Below are positions 8,481 to 17,613 of a stretch of DNA of 64,000 bases, piece after piece; the stretch's first letter is position 1, and every line of letters begins with the position of its first letter. This DNA comes from a virus: the IMG/VR virus record IMGVR_UViG_3300025012_000049, positions 1 through 64,000 of that record. The stretch is one strand, 5' to 3'. The notes beneath the pieces are model-generated. The model saw only the letters and a list, made by a program, of their open reading frames with translations. It was not told the DNA's origin and did no database searches. The position numbers were made by a program, and so were the translations under genes.

Positions 8481-8515
8481 AAAAGGCCACACACCTCATA
8501 AATGTGTAGCCTTTT
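8481..8515 (-). terminator. Intrinsic terminator after the Hc1-like gene
   Basis: AAAAGGCTACAC...GTGTGGCCTTTT hairpin on the - strand. Confidence 0.65.
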
Positions 8516-8546
8516 ACTACCTCTCTTCTAATACATAATAATCAAA

Positions 8547-9011
8547 TTATTTAATATTTACTTGTTTCATATTGACTTTAGCGTCCTGCAAGGTCTTACG
8601 GAAATTTTTACCCATGCGGCAAATGGTCTGGATACTCTTACGGGCTTTACCAACTGCCGATTTATTTCCGCCAAGGAACTTATTAATGTTTTCTGCCAGT
8701 TCATCAAAGGCATTCTCAACAGCAGAGAATTGATTTTGGATTTGGTCAGCATCCTTTTTAGTCACCTCACTACGAACACCGGCAACTCGACCACGACCAC
8801 GGGGTTTGGTTTCTTTCTTTGCAGCTTCCTTCTTGGCCGGAGCCTTGGCTTTCCCTTTACCTTTAGCTTCAACCTTTTCTTTGCCTTTTACGGCTTTTTC
8901 TTCAACTGGTTTTTCAGCAGCCGCCGCTTTACCTTTTCCCTTTGCCTTCGGTTCCTCTTTAACAGTTTTCCCTTTAGCTTTTTTAACTTCTTCTTTTTTT
9001 ACTTTTGCCAT
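8547..9011 (-). CDS. Histone H1-like (Hc1-family) nucleoid protein with Lys/Ala-rich N-tail
   Basis: KAKGK repeats; C-terminal GNKSAVGKARKS...KNFRK resembles the Hc1 family motif GNKAAG.RARK. Confidence 0.7.
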   Translation of the reverse strand: MAKVKKEEVKKAKGKTVKEEPKAKGKGKAAAAEKPVEEKAVKGKEKVEAKGKGKAKAPAKKEAAKKETKPRGRGRVAGVRSEVTKKDADQIQNQFSAVENAFDELAENINKFLGGNKSAVGKARKSIQTICRMGKNFRKTLQDAKVNMKQVNIK

Positions 9012-9029
9012 GACTTTTCTCTCTTTCAG

Positions 9030-9470
9030 TTAGTGGGTTTTGAGTAAACCAACTGGTTTACCATGCTCTTCGTGCAAAACAATAATCAATGAATTTACAG
9101 TTTGCCCGAAAAAACTTTTTAGCTGATGAAACGTACTGTCTGGATATAAACTTTTAAACACATTAAAAATATCACGCTCCACAAATCCGACACCATTAAA
9201 AGTAACTTGTTTCACCCCCTTGCTTGGTTTGATTTCCTGTGAACGGTCAATCTCCATATCTAAATCAACTTCATCGAACTTAAATTTATTTAAAGCCTTT
9301 ACTTGTATATTGTCAACAAATATTTTTGCGTCTGCATAGAAAAAAGCAAAGTTTAAATTATCGGTGAGACAAAAAGTTGAATAAAATAGCGGATTTTGCT
9401 TCAGTATTGGTTGTAACGGGTTATCTGTTTTTTTTGTGTTCCTGCTTTTCAATAGTGGTTTTTTTGCCAT
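9030..9470 (-). CDS. Hypothetical protein
   Basis: ORF with GAGG RBS. Confidence 0.65.
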   Translation of the reverse strand: MAKKPLLKSRNTKKTDNPLQPILKQNPLFYSTFCLTDNLNFAFFYADAKIFVDNIQVKALNKFKFDEVDLDMEIDRSQEIKPSKGVKQVTFNGVGFVERDIFNVFKSLYPDSTFHQLKSFFGQTVNSLIIVLHEEHGKPVGLLKTH

Positions 9471-9488
9471 GATAACCTCTCTCCATAG

Positions 9489-10184
9489 TTAATAATCAGT
9501 GTAAGGACCGCTGGCGTCCTCAGCCATAAAATCATAAACATCCAATTTGTCTTGTTCCTGCATATATTGTTCAAGTGTATAACCATGTTCATTATCTTCT
9601 GTCAAAATTTTAAAAAGTCTTATTTTCAATAAATGCTCATAAAAATTCATAGGCTCCCAACCACGACACCGGAAATTTGGCATAACGTGATTGTTATGTT
9701 TATAAATACTGAGAAAATTACGGTTATTCTTGCTACTTATTTTATGTTTTACACATAAACCAAATAAACTGATAACTTTCCTTTTTAAAGAATGGAATTG
9801 TTTATAATGTCCTTTCTTTTCACCTTTAAAATGTTTACAGGCAAAACAGAAACCTATTTCCTTGGTAAACCATTCGCTAGGAATTAAATCAAATAGTTTT
9901 GGAGTCATGAACATACTGAAGTATTGTGGCCAATGGGCATACAGATTTTCCATCTCCCGATCTTTGGCAATGGTTGCAAAATGTTCACACAAATCTAATA
10001 TTTTATTTTCTCGGTATTCTTTAGTTTCTTCATCCATCAATGGCATCATAAACAAATCTTCACGATACCGTTTGATACGGCGTTTATAATTATCATCCTT
10101 AGCCAGAAAGCGTTGTTCTTTTTTGAAAGCATTCCGCTGCATAAGACTTTCAAAAAATTCTCTTTGTTTATTTTTTTTCGTCAT
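9489..10184 (-). CDS. Hypothetical protein with Cys cluster (CFAC...C...C)
   Basis: 231-aa ORF just downstream of a sigma70-like promoter. Confidence 0.7.
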   Translation of the reverse strand: MTKKNKQREFFESLMQRNAFKKEQRFLAKDDNYKRRIKRYREDLFMMPLMDEETKEYRENKILDLCEHFATIAKDREMENLYAHWPQYFSMFMTPKLFDLIPSEWFTKEIGFCFACKHFKGEKKGHYKQFHSLKRKVISLFGLCVKHKISSKNNRNFLSIYKHNNHVMPNFRCRGWEPMNFYEHLLKIRLFKILTEDNEHGYTLEQYMQEQDKLDVYDFMAEDASGPYTDY

Positions 10185-10219
10185 AGCATCGTCCTTATAT
10201 AAAAACAGTTTATGAATTT

Positions 10220-10248
10220 AAAATAAACTGCCATTATTCCATTGTCAA
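10220..10248 (-). promoter_or_regulatory. Sigma70-like promoter for the leftward operon
   Basis: TTGACA-N17-TATTTT on the - strand. Confidence 0.65.
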
Positions 10249-10260
10249 CGATTTTTTATA

Positions 10261-12009
10261 TTATACTGGTTTTTTGCATATTTTCCAGAAATTAAACGCC
10301 TCCTCTTCCTCACACATATAATTTTCCACAAAATCTAACCAACGTTTCGGACTGACAATATCCTTGACCATTGGAATATCTCTGCCGGTGTTATCCACAA
10401 TATAATTCAGATACATTTCCATGACAGGCTCATGAATTCCATCATTGCTTTCATAGAAAAGTTTATAACCACAGCGATCCCGTTCATTAATCACCAAATC
10501 GTCAATTGTTTCCTCTACAAAACCTTTGATCCGGTAACTGTAGCACTTGTAGTCATTTAGCCCTTCTTCTTCGTCATAATAGAACTCAAGAAACATCTTT
10601 TTAAATATTTCCTGCTCCTTGGGATATTTGGTTTTGAATTCTTTTAAGGCTGAAAAAATAGCCCCATCTTTTTCTTCTTTTAAAAATACCTGCAAATATT
10701 TTTCATTATATGGATTAACTAAAAATTCTAGGATATTTATTTTATTCTTATATTTAAATTTGGTTAAATGACTGTAGTTATGTAAACGGTCAATGGCTTT
10801 CCTGAAATCATCTACAGTATGACCAATAGACATAAAATAAGAAACACTAACAACCAATTTTTTAAAGGTCTTGGTAGGGGTTTTAAAATTACTATTTGTT
10901 TTGGAAAATTTACGATTGTTTTTATTATTAAAATATTCAATAATCTTTACAGTATTAAGAATTTCTAATTTACCGTCTTTCTTCAATAGTTCAAAAAATC
11001 TGAATAAAGTTTTAATATCTATTCTACCGGCAAATGAGTCAAAATTTTTCAAACTTATTAAACTATTTAAATTATATTCAAAACCATATTGAGTTTCCAA
11101 TAAACGATTTAACTGATTGACCAATTTACTGTCAAATGTTAGTTCGTTCAAAGGTCTATTCAAAATATCAACAAATGTAGGGTCAAGTTGTTCAATAGTT
11201 TTTTGTTTATCTAATGGTTGTTTTCTTCTTTTAAATTTTTCAGCAACGCTGGATTTTTTCAAGGGAGGTGGCAAATGATTTGTGCTTTGCCGTTTAAGGT
11301 TTAGACGCATAATTTTTTTCTCCTTTGCAGGGCAAACAGAAACAGAACTCTTGGAAGCGACGGCAGGAGCTTCAATAAGTTTCGTAAGAAACTTATTAGT
11401 AATAGGTTTATAAGTATTATAGTAAATACTAGTATTATCAGTAGCAGTGGATGAATTGAGTAAAAAGTTCTTTAATTTTGAACGCTTACAAAGAAATTTT
11501 ATTTGTTTGGACAAGTATTTTACTTTATTTTGGTCAAGTAATTTTGGTTCCAAAAAAATTTGATAAGCTAATGGGTTGTTTGGAAAATTAGGAAGTAAAA
11601 TGACTTGGTGCTGACCACCTTTGTTAACTGATTTAAAGTTTTCTCTGACAACCAGTTGACAGTCTTCCAGAGACTTGATGACTTTGGCTATATTAGTTGG
11701 GTTGATTTCCAGACGGGCAGCAATAGTGTTGTAGTTGAAATAAACAGGACGACCATTTTTAAAAAAGTCATGGAGAAAATAAATTAGCTTCTTTTGATTT
11801 TTACCTATCTTGGTAAAACCCATTTGCTTGATAACATATATAGGGTTGGCCTTCTTAGACCAAGGGGAGTTTTTCAGGAAGGAAACTTTACGGGTATAAC
11901 TTTTGCAGTGGTAGAGGAAGTTTTTTATTTCAGGTTTGTTCTTATTGATAAATTGATTTTTTTCTACTTGCTTTTTCTTGGTAATGCACTTAGTATTTTT
12001 ATTGACCAT
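10261..12009 (-). CDS. Putative replication initiator / wHTH DNA-binding protein
   Basis: wHTH-like YFNYNTIAARLEINPTNIAKVIKSLEDCQLVVRE, then a Ser/Thr-rich linker and a C-terminal domain (phage replisome-organiser architecture). Confidence 0.55.
   Translation of the reverse strand: MVNKNTKCITKKKQVEKNQFINKNKPEIKNFLYHCKSYTRKVSFLKNSPWSKKANPIYVIKQMGFTKIGKNQKKLIYFLHDFFKNGRPVYFNYNTIAARLEINPTNIAKVIKSLEDCQLVVRENFKSVNKGGQHQVILLPNFPNNPLAYQIFLEPKLLDQNKVKYLSKQIKFLCKRSKLKNFLLNSSTATDNTSIYYNTYKPITNKFLTKLIEAPAVASKSSVSVCPAKEKKIMRLNLKRQSTNHLPPPLKKSSVAEKFKRRKQPLDKQKTIEQLDPTFVDILNRPLNELTFDSKLVNQLNRLLETQYGFEYNLNSLISLKNFDSFAGRIDIKTLFRFFELLKKDGKLEILNTVKIIEYFNNKNNRKFSKTNSNFKTPTKTFKKLVVSVSYFMSIGHTVDDFRKAIDRLHNYSHLTKFKYKNKINILEFLVNPYNEKYLQVFLKEEKDGAIFSALKEFKTKYPKEQEIFKKMFLEFYYDEEEGLNDYKCYSYRIKGFVEETIDDLVINERDRCGYKLFYESNDGIHEPVMEMYLNYIVDNTGRDIPMVKDIVSPKRWLDFVENYMCEEEEAFNFWKICKKPV
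11968..11996 (+). promoter_or_regulatory. Putative antisense promoter inside the 5' end of the rep-like gene
   Basis: TTGCTT-N17-TAGTAT on the + strand, pointing at a + strand terminator about 100 nt downstream. Confidence 0.45.
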
Positions 12010-12046
12010 GACTCTTCGCGCTCCTTCTCAAAAGGTTAGGGTTCAT
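11999..12046 (-). CDS. Putative 15-aa leader peptide (MNPNLLRRSAKSHGQ) overlapping the rep start
   Basis: GAGAGG RBS 6 nt before ATG 12046; the ORF overlaps the rep ATG (12009) and stops at 11999. Confidence 0.45.
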   Translation of the reverse strand: MNPNLLRRSAKSHGQ

Positions 12047-12098
12047 GGTTTGCCTCTCTTCTTGGGGAACTCATTTGGTGGTGGGTTCCCCTTTTTTT
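12003..12098 (+). ncRNA. Putative ~95-nt antisense RNA covering the rep RBS, start codon and leader
   Basis: Lies between the predicted + strand promoter and terminator, in a region where all genes are on the - strand. Confidence 0.4.
12064..12098 (+). terminator. Intrinsic terminator on the + strand (antisense to rep)
   Basis: GGGGAACTCA-loop-TGGGTTCCCC plus T7; the U.G wobble pairs only in the + strand RNA. Confidence 0.7.
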
Positions 12099-12185
12099 CT
12101 TTGAAGAAAAGAAACAACCCAAAAACAATAACCTTCAAATAGTTTAGTTAACATCGTGAAATACAAGTATAATTAGGACAGTATT

Positions 12186-12677
12186 TTAAGTCAACAAAAT
12201 ATTCTTATAATAAGGGGAAAATTGTTTTTTGAATTGTTTGTACATTTTTCTTTCTTTTTTTACCTTTATTAATGGTGCATAAATTCTATTTTTATTATTT
12301 TGACTATAGTACTGATAAAACCATGTTAACAATAAATTAATCACCTCATTCATTGGTTTATATTGTCCAGTTAATATTTTAATTTGTTCTTGTAATAAGA
12401 TATAAAATTCTGCCTCAATTACAGTAGATAGAATGAAACCACCAGCAATATCAGTATTTATATCTTTTGAATTTCGATGAAATTTCTGATTTTTGTTGTT
12501 TTGAATTATATCTTTAATATTGTCAGGATGATATTCTTGATTATGATTTAAGATTAACCGTTCAAGCATGATGGTTTGAAAATCTTCAAGGAACTCAAGT
12601 GAACCATTGAAACGGTTGACAAGATTATATCTTTCCACTTTTGACATATTTTTTTTCTGTAGTTTTTTATGTAACAT
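12186..12677 (-). CDS. Hypothetical protein, first gene of the leftward unit
   Basis: GAGG RBS; divergent from terS. Confidence 0.65.
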   Translation of the reverse strand: MLHKKLQKKNMSKVERYNLVNRFNGSLEFLEDFQTIMLERLILNHNQEYHPDNIKDIIQNNKNQKFHRNSKDINTDIAGGFILSTVIEAEFYILLQEQIKILTGQYKPMNEVINLLLTWFYQYYSQNNKNRIYAPLIKVKKERKMYKQFKKQFSPYYKNILLT

Positions 12678-12761
12678 AAGAGTTACCTCTTGCCTTTTGT
12701 TAGTGAATGGAATAAAAATAATATAATGATTTATTTTATCAGATAAATAGGAGAGATTTAC

Positions 12762-13280
12762 ATGCCGCCAAGATTAAGATTAAGTTCAAAACGTGAAAAA
12801 AGCAATAGAATAAATGCCAAAAAACAAAAAATGGCTAAATACCTTTCTAAAGGGTTGAAAGTCAATGAAGCTTGTCTTTTGGCTCAAGTAACCAAAACAG
12901 AACTTGCTGAAATGCGTTCTGATGTAACTTTTGAAGATTTTGTACAGCTTAGTCAGGCAAAATTGGAAGCAGATCAGTTAGAAAACATAACTGATGCAGG
13001 AATTATTGATTGGAAAGCTTCAGCATGGTTCTTGGAAAGAGTATACCCTGAAAAGTATGGTAAAAAAGATACTATTGAACATAAATATCAAATACAAATT
13101 GAAACCTTCCAAAACGTTGTTCTTCAAGTTATCAATGAGTGCTCCCCGCAACTGAAACAGAAAATTATGCAGAAACTAAAAAAGGTAGACTTAGGTAATC
13201 CATTAATGTTGGAACAGAATACAAGTGTACCAATTATTGATGTATGTGATAATCGGATTGTTGATGTTGAATATGTTTAA
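12762..13280 (+). CDS. terS: Terminase small subunit
   Basis: HTH-like N-terminus, DWKASAWFLER-x-YPEKYG motif, directly before terL. Confidence 0.75.
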   Translation: MPPRLRLSSKREKSNRINAKKQKMAKYLSKGLKVNEACLLAQVTKTELAEMRSDVTFEDFVQLSQAKLEADQLENITDAGIIDWKASAWFLERVYPEKYGKKDTIEHKYQIQIETFQNVVLQVINECSPQLKQKIMQKLKKVDLGNPLMLEQNTSVPIIDVCDNRIVDVEYV

Positions 13281-13292
13281 AGGGGTTATATA

Positions 13293-14864
13293 ATGATATC
13301 TAAAAAAAGACACCAAGAAACAGCATCATCTTTGTTGGGAAAGGATACTAAAACATTCCTAAAGAGTGGTGTGTCTGATTTAATATCAGGTATTGATTTG
13401 CCCATATCAGAGTTATTGCCTAGAAAATCAGAAGATTTTGTTCAAAAGGTGTTAAAAGATACAAAAGGAAATCTGGTTGTAAATGAACCTGTGCATAACA
13501 TAATGCACAGGTTCATTCGTATAGCAAAGAAAAAAGGATTTAATAAGCAAATGATTTTGGGGGCGTATGGTTTTGGAAAAACAGAACAAATGTGTATAGG
13601 CTATTCTTTGTATAGGATAGCACAAAACCCAAACCTCCTTGTGAAAATTGTTCATGTATCTGACACAGAGGCTACAAAACGTTGTAGAGCTTTGCGGGAT
13701 TATATAGACCGTGATGAAGATTTTCATAACATAGCACCACATATACAACCAACAAACATATGGGGTTCAGAGCGTTTTACAGTAAATAGAGAATCACCAT
13801 CTGCTAACTGTACTGTAGAGGCTTATTCAGTTTTGGGAACAGGTATTGGTGGTCGTGCTAATCTTATTATTTTTGATGATCCACAAGATCTAAGAACAGC
13901 AGTATATGAACCAACAACCAGAATAAAGATAGAAGACACAATAAAAAATATTTGGATAACTCGTTTAATACCAGAAGATTCTGAAATAATATTAATGATG
14001 AATAAATGGCATAGTAATGATGTAGCAGCTTATGTAAAGAAAAATCCATCATGGGCGTGGATGAGTATATCGGCAGATGAAACGCTTAATCATTTAAATT
14101 TTGAGGATTCTTTTGGTAGAAAGTTTAAATTACCTTTGTGGTCTAAGTTTAATAAAGCAGCATTAGAAGATCGTAAGATGACGTTAGGAGAAAGGGACTT
14201 TAAACGTGGTTATTGTTTAATACCCTATACTGATAATGATAAAACTTTTGGTAATTTTGAAAAATGTTGTCATTTTGGTGTTTCCCCAAGAGCATTATTG
14301 GAAAATGAAAATAACTGGTTTTTTGTTGGGGGTATTGACTTTTCTGGTCAAAAGCGTCCCGGTACGGTTTTATCCATTGTAGCTGTTCATAGAAAAACTG
14401 GATTGAAACTACCTGTGGAAATTGTTACCATTAAAAAAACCTCGGATTTGACAGGACATATAGTTAGAACTTTTAGGGAATATGGTCCTGATTTATATTT
14501 AGCAGAAAACAACGGGGTGCAGGATGCTATTATTGATTTATTACAAACAGCGTTAGGAGAAGAAAAGTTTAAAAAGTATAATATTAAAATTGAAGGTTTT
14601 TTAACTGGAAAAGCAAAGATGGATATAAACTCTGGTCTTCCTTCAATGGATAAAGAGTTCGAACAAAAAGAATGGATGTTTTGTTTTAATGATAAACCGG
14701 ATATTGCTGATGATATGGAAAATAATCCGTGGTCGAGAATGTATTATGAGATGTTTAACCATCCTTTTTATGAAACATCAGACATAGCAATGAGTTTATA
14801 TTTTTGTAGAGAAGCTGGAAAGAAGCTTATTCGTGGTGAAAATGGTGGACCTAATGTGTATTAA
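13293..14864 (+). CDS. terL: Terminase large subunit
   Basis: Walker A GAYGFGKT, GGRANLIIFDDP, nuclease GGIDFS, LAENNG, SDIAMS. Confidence 0.92.
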   Translation: MISKKRHQETASSLLGKDTKTFLKSGVSDLISGIDLPISELLPRKSEDFVQKVLKDTKGNLVVNEPVHNIMHRFIRIAKKKGFNKQMILGAYGFGKTEQMCIGYSLYRIAQNPNLLVKIVHVSDTEATKRCRALRDYIDRDEDFHNIAPHIQPTNIWGSERFTVNRESPSANCTVEAYSVLGTGIGGRANLIIFDDPQDLRTAVYEPTTRIKIEDTIKNIWITRLIPEDSEIILMMNKWHSNDVAAYVKKNPSWAWMSISADETLNHLNFEDSFGRKFKLPLWSKFNKAALEDRKMTLGERDFKRGYCLIPYTDNDKTFGNFEKCCHFGVSPRALLENENNWFFVGGIDFSGQKRPGTVLSIVAVHRKTGLKLPVEIVTIKKTSDLTGHIVRTFREYGPDLYLAENNGVQDAIIDLLQTALGEEKFKKYNIKIEGFLTGKAKMDINSGLPSMDKEFEQKEWMFCFNDKPDIADDMENNPWSRMYYEMFNHPFYETSDIAMSLYFCREAGKKLIRGENGGPNVY

Positions 14865-14882
14865 TTTTAAAAGGAGTTAATT

Positions 14883-15266
14883 ATGAAAAGTATACTTTTA
14901 TTTTTGTGTTTTTTGTTTTTATCGGTAACTATTAGCCAAGCAGAAGTTATTCATGAATATGATAATTCAACTTTTTTACATGTTGGTGTCAGTGCTTTAA
15001 TTGGTGCCGGTGTTGATGGATTTTTGTATTATGCAACAGAGCCAGAAGTAAGGAAACAAACCAAAATTCCTCGCAGGGCTTTTTCTTTTATTAGTTGTAG
15101 TGCTGTTGGGGTGGTAAAAGAAAAATTAGATTATGATTTTAATGTTGGTGATCTTATTGGTGATTTGGTTGGTTGTGGTTTAGGTGTTTATGGCGGTGAT
15201 GAATTCTATATTAGTGTTGATTCTGATAATGATAAAACTGTAGTCAGCTATACTCAGCATTGGTAA
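14883..15266 (+). CDS. Signal-peptide membrane protein (YfiM-like), moron between terL and portal
   Basis: Signal peptide; H-x-GVS...VGVVKE...GDLIGDLVG pattern. Confidence 0.55.
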   Translation: MKSILLFLCFLFLSVTISQAEVIHEYDNSTFLHVGVSALIGAGVDGFLYYATEPEVRKQTKIPRRAFSFISCSAVGVVKEKLDYDFNVGDLIGDLVGCGLGVYGGDEFYISVDSDNDKTVVSYTQHW

Positions 15267-15346
15267 ATAAAACATTCGTATTTTGTTACAAACTTTGATA
15301 ACATACTTTTTAGTTAAAATATCAAAGTAATCAAGGAGGAAAAATT

Positions 15347-17287
15347 GTGAAATTTGGCCCTTTCCAAATAGATATAGGGGATAGCACCAAGAGTTATGAA
15401 GAACTGGTGCAGATTATTAACCGGGAAAAGGGGGCTTCTTTAGAAAACCTTAAAGGAAGCCCCAATCAACAATTGTCTGAATATAAATCATGGGTATTTT
15501 CCTGTGTCAGTTTAATTTCTGAGCGGGTTTCCACCATTCCTTATTATTTTTATCGTACAGATACAGGTGAAGAAGTTACCAGTAAAAATAAAGCTTATAA
15601 AATTTTTACCAAGCCATTTTTTAAACCAAATGATTTAATGACCTTTCGTTTTTTAAAATCCTTCTGTTTATTGCAGTTGGATTTGTGTGGTATGACCTGC
15701 ATCTATAAAGCCAGAAATAAATTGGGCCAAGTTTGGGAATTATGGCCTTTGAATATGAATGATTTTGTTAATATTGAAATTAATAATGATTTTTTAAAAC
15801 CAAAATTAACTTATACTTTCAGATTTGATGACCGGCAGGTAGAGTTTGATAATAGTGAATTGATTGTTATCAATTATCCTAATCCGAAAAACCCTTATTG
15901 GCCCATGAGTCCAATACAGGCACAAGCCTATTCTGTGGATATTGATACTTATGTGGAAATCTATGAGCGGGATTTCTTTAAAAATTCTGCTCGTATTGAT
16001 ATGGCTTTATATACGGACCAAGATATTAATCAGGAAAAAGCTGATGAAATCAAAAATCGTTGGAAATCAAAATATTCGGGGAATTATCATGATGTTGCGG
16101 TTTTAACTTCTGGTTTGAAACCTGTTCCTTTGAAATTTACCAATAAAGATTTTGAATTTTTAAATCTGGCTGGTTGGTCTAAATCTAAGATTTCTTCTTG
16201 TTATAAAGTGCCACTATCTAAATTAGGTGGTGAGGGTGATTCTAATCGGGCAAGTTCAGTAATTGCTGATATTGCTTTTAACCGGGAATGTATTCAACCC
16301 CGTTTAACCTTAATTGATGAAGAATTAACTTATGGAGTTTTGCATGAGTTTGATGAACGTTTAGCTATTCGTCATGAAAACCCTATTCCACGGGATAGAG
16401 ATTTGGAAGTTAAAGAGGCAAGGGTTTATTTATCTTCTCAACCATCAATGGCAATCAATGAATTCAGAAAAGAAATACATGCTCTTCCTCCGGTTAAAGG
16501 CGGAGAAGAGATTCTTGTATCTATTAAAGGTTCTTTGGTACCTTTAAGTCGGGCCAAAGACTTTGTGGATTTATTATTATCGGAAGCACAAGATAATCAA
16601 AATACCTCGACCGATGGTGGAGATGATGAAACTGATCCTATTCGCCACGACGATGATGAAGGCAATGGTAATGCTGATGGCACAGATGATCGAGATGAAA
16701 ACCCGACAGATGGCAGAGCGTTGAATGGGGAAGAAACTATTAATCAGAAATTAAATAAATTTTCTGAGTATGAGCAAGAATTACGAGAAACATGGAATAA
16801 ACTGGTTTTACATATTTTAAATAACACCAATGAACAAACCATCAAACAAGATTTGTCGATGGGTTTATCCAAGATAATTGATAAAACCATCGGGGTTTTA
16901 TTTTTTGGTATGGGAGTAAAACCAATTAACTATGATAGTAAAAATTGGGTATCTCCTATTTCTGAGAAAATGGCATTTGAATATAAAGAATCCATTTTCA
17001 AGTTTAATTCAATGGAAGGTATTGTTTGGGAAGATGTTATCAAGGAACAGTTTAATGGTAATCCACGCATTTCTAAAATAACCAATACTTTATTAAAAGC
17101 TACTATTAACTATGCAAAATGGTTGGTCATGGTCAATCAAGGAATCCCCTTTGATTGGAAAATTAACAGTAATGAGTGTGGTCATCGTGGCCGATTGGAT
17201 AATATCAAGAGCAAACAATTATTCCCTAACCAAGTGCCTAATTTTTCCTGTGATTGTACCATTACGTCAAGAAGTGATGGAGAATAA
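15347..17287 (+). CDS. Portal protein (HK97-like) with C-terminal extension
   Basis: WVFSCVSLISE, ELWPL, MSPIQA, FFKNSAR, DFEFL, YKVP; acidic linker and extra C-terminal domain. Confidence 0.92.
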   Translation: MKFGPFQIDIGDSTKSYEELVQIINREKGASLENLKGSPNQQLSEYKSWVFSCVSLISERVSTIPYYFYRTDTGEEVTSKNKAYKIFTKPFFKPNDLMTFRFLKSFCLLQLDLCGMTCIYKARNKLGQVWELWPLNMNDFVNIEINNDFLKPKLTYTFRFDDRQVEFDNSELIVINYPNPKNPYWPMSPIQAQAYSVDIDTYVEIYERDFFKNSARIDMALYTDQDINQEKADEIKNRWKSKYSGNYHDVAVLTSGLKPVPLKFTNKDFEFLNLAGWSKSKISSCYKVPLSKLGGEGDSNRASSVIADIAFNRECIQPRLTLIDEELTYGVLHEFDERLAIRHENPIPRDRDLEVKEARVYLSSQPSMAINEFRKEIHALPPVKGGEEILVSIKGSLVPLSRAKDFVDLLLSEAQDNQNTSTDGGDDETDPIRHDDDEGNGNADGTDDRDENPTDGRALNGEETINQKLNKFSEYEQELRETWNKLVLHILNNTNEQTIKQDLSMGLSKIIDKTIGVLFFGMGVKPINYDSKNWVSPISEKMAFEYKESIFKFNSMEGIVWEDVIKEQFNGNPRISKITNTLLKATINYAKWLVMVNQGIPFDWKINSNECGHRGRLDNIKSKQLFPNQVPNFSCDCTITSRSDGE

Positions 17288-17289
17288 AC

Positions 17290-17505
17290 ATGAAATATTT
17301 TATTCTTCTTTTATTTGTATTTTTATCGGGTTGTGCTTCAGTGCATGTGAAAACTGAAAATTGTCAGGCTGATTATTATTCATTGTTTAAAGATATAGAT
17401 GCTGCTACGATTATGGTATGTGGTGGCAATATGGAAATTATAGAAAGTAATAGTAATGTTACAACCATCAATACTGCTTTGGAATTATTAAAATCAGTAC
17501 AATGA
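17290..17505 (+). CDS. Small lipoprotein
   Basis: Lipobox FLSGC after a hydrophobic signal. Confidence 0.65.
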   Translation: MKYFILLLFVFLSGCASVHVKTENCQADYYSLFKDIDAATIMVCGGNMEIIESNSNVTTINTALELLKSVQ

Positions 17506-17613
17506 GGTTGATATGAAAAAAATAAAGGATTACTTAGTTTGTTTTTGGTTGGTTATAGTAAGTATTATCGGTTATATTATTGGTTGGTTTGCATTTAATA
17601 AAAACAGGAAAGG

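Noticed and set aside
8562-9047. + strand ORFs antisense to the Hc1-like gene
   Set aside because: Phe/Ser-rich mirror of a Lys/Glu-rich sense gene.
12678-12761. Divergent promoters or an operator switch between the early arm and terS
   Set aside because: A TATAAT is present but -35 spacing is poor, and no convincing operator repeats or repressor gene were seen.
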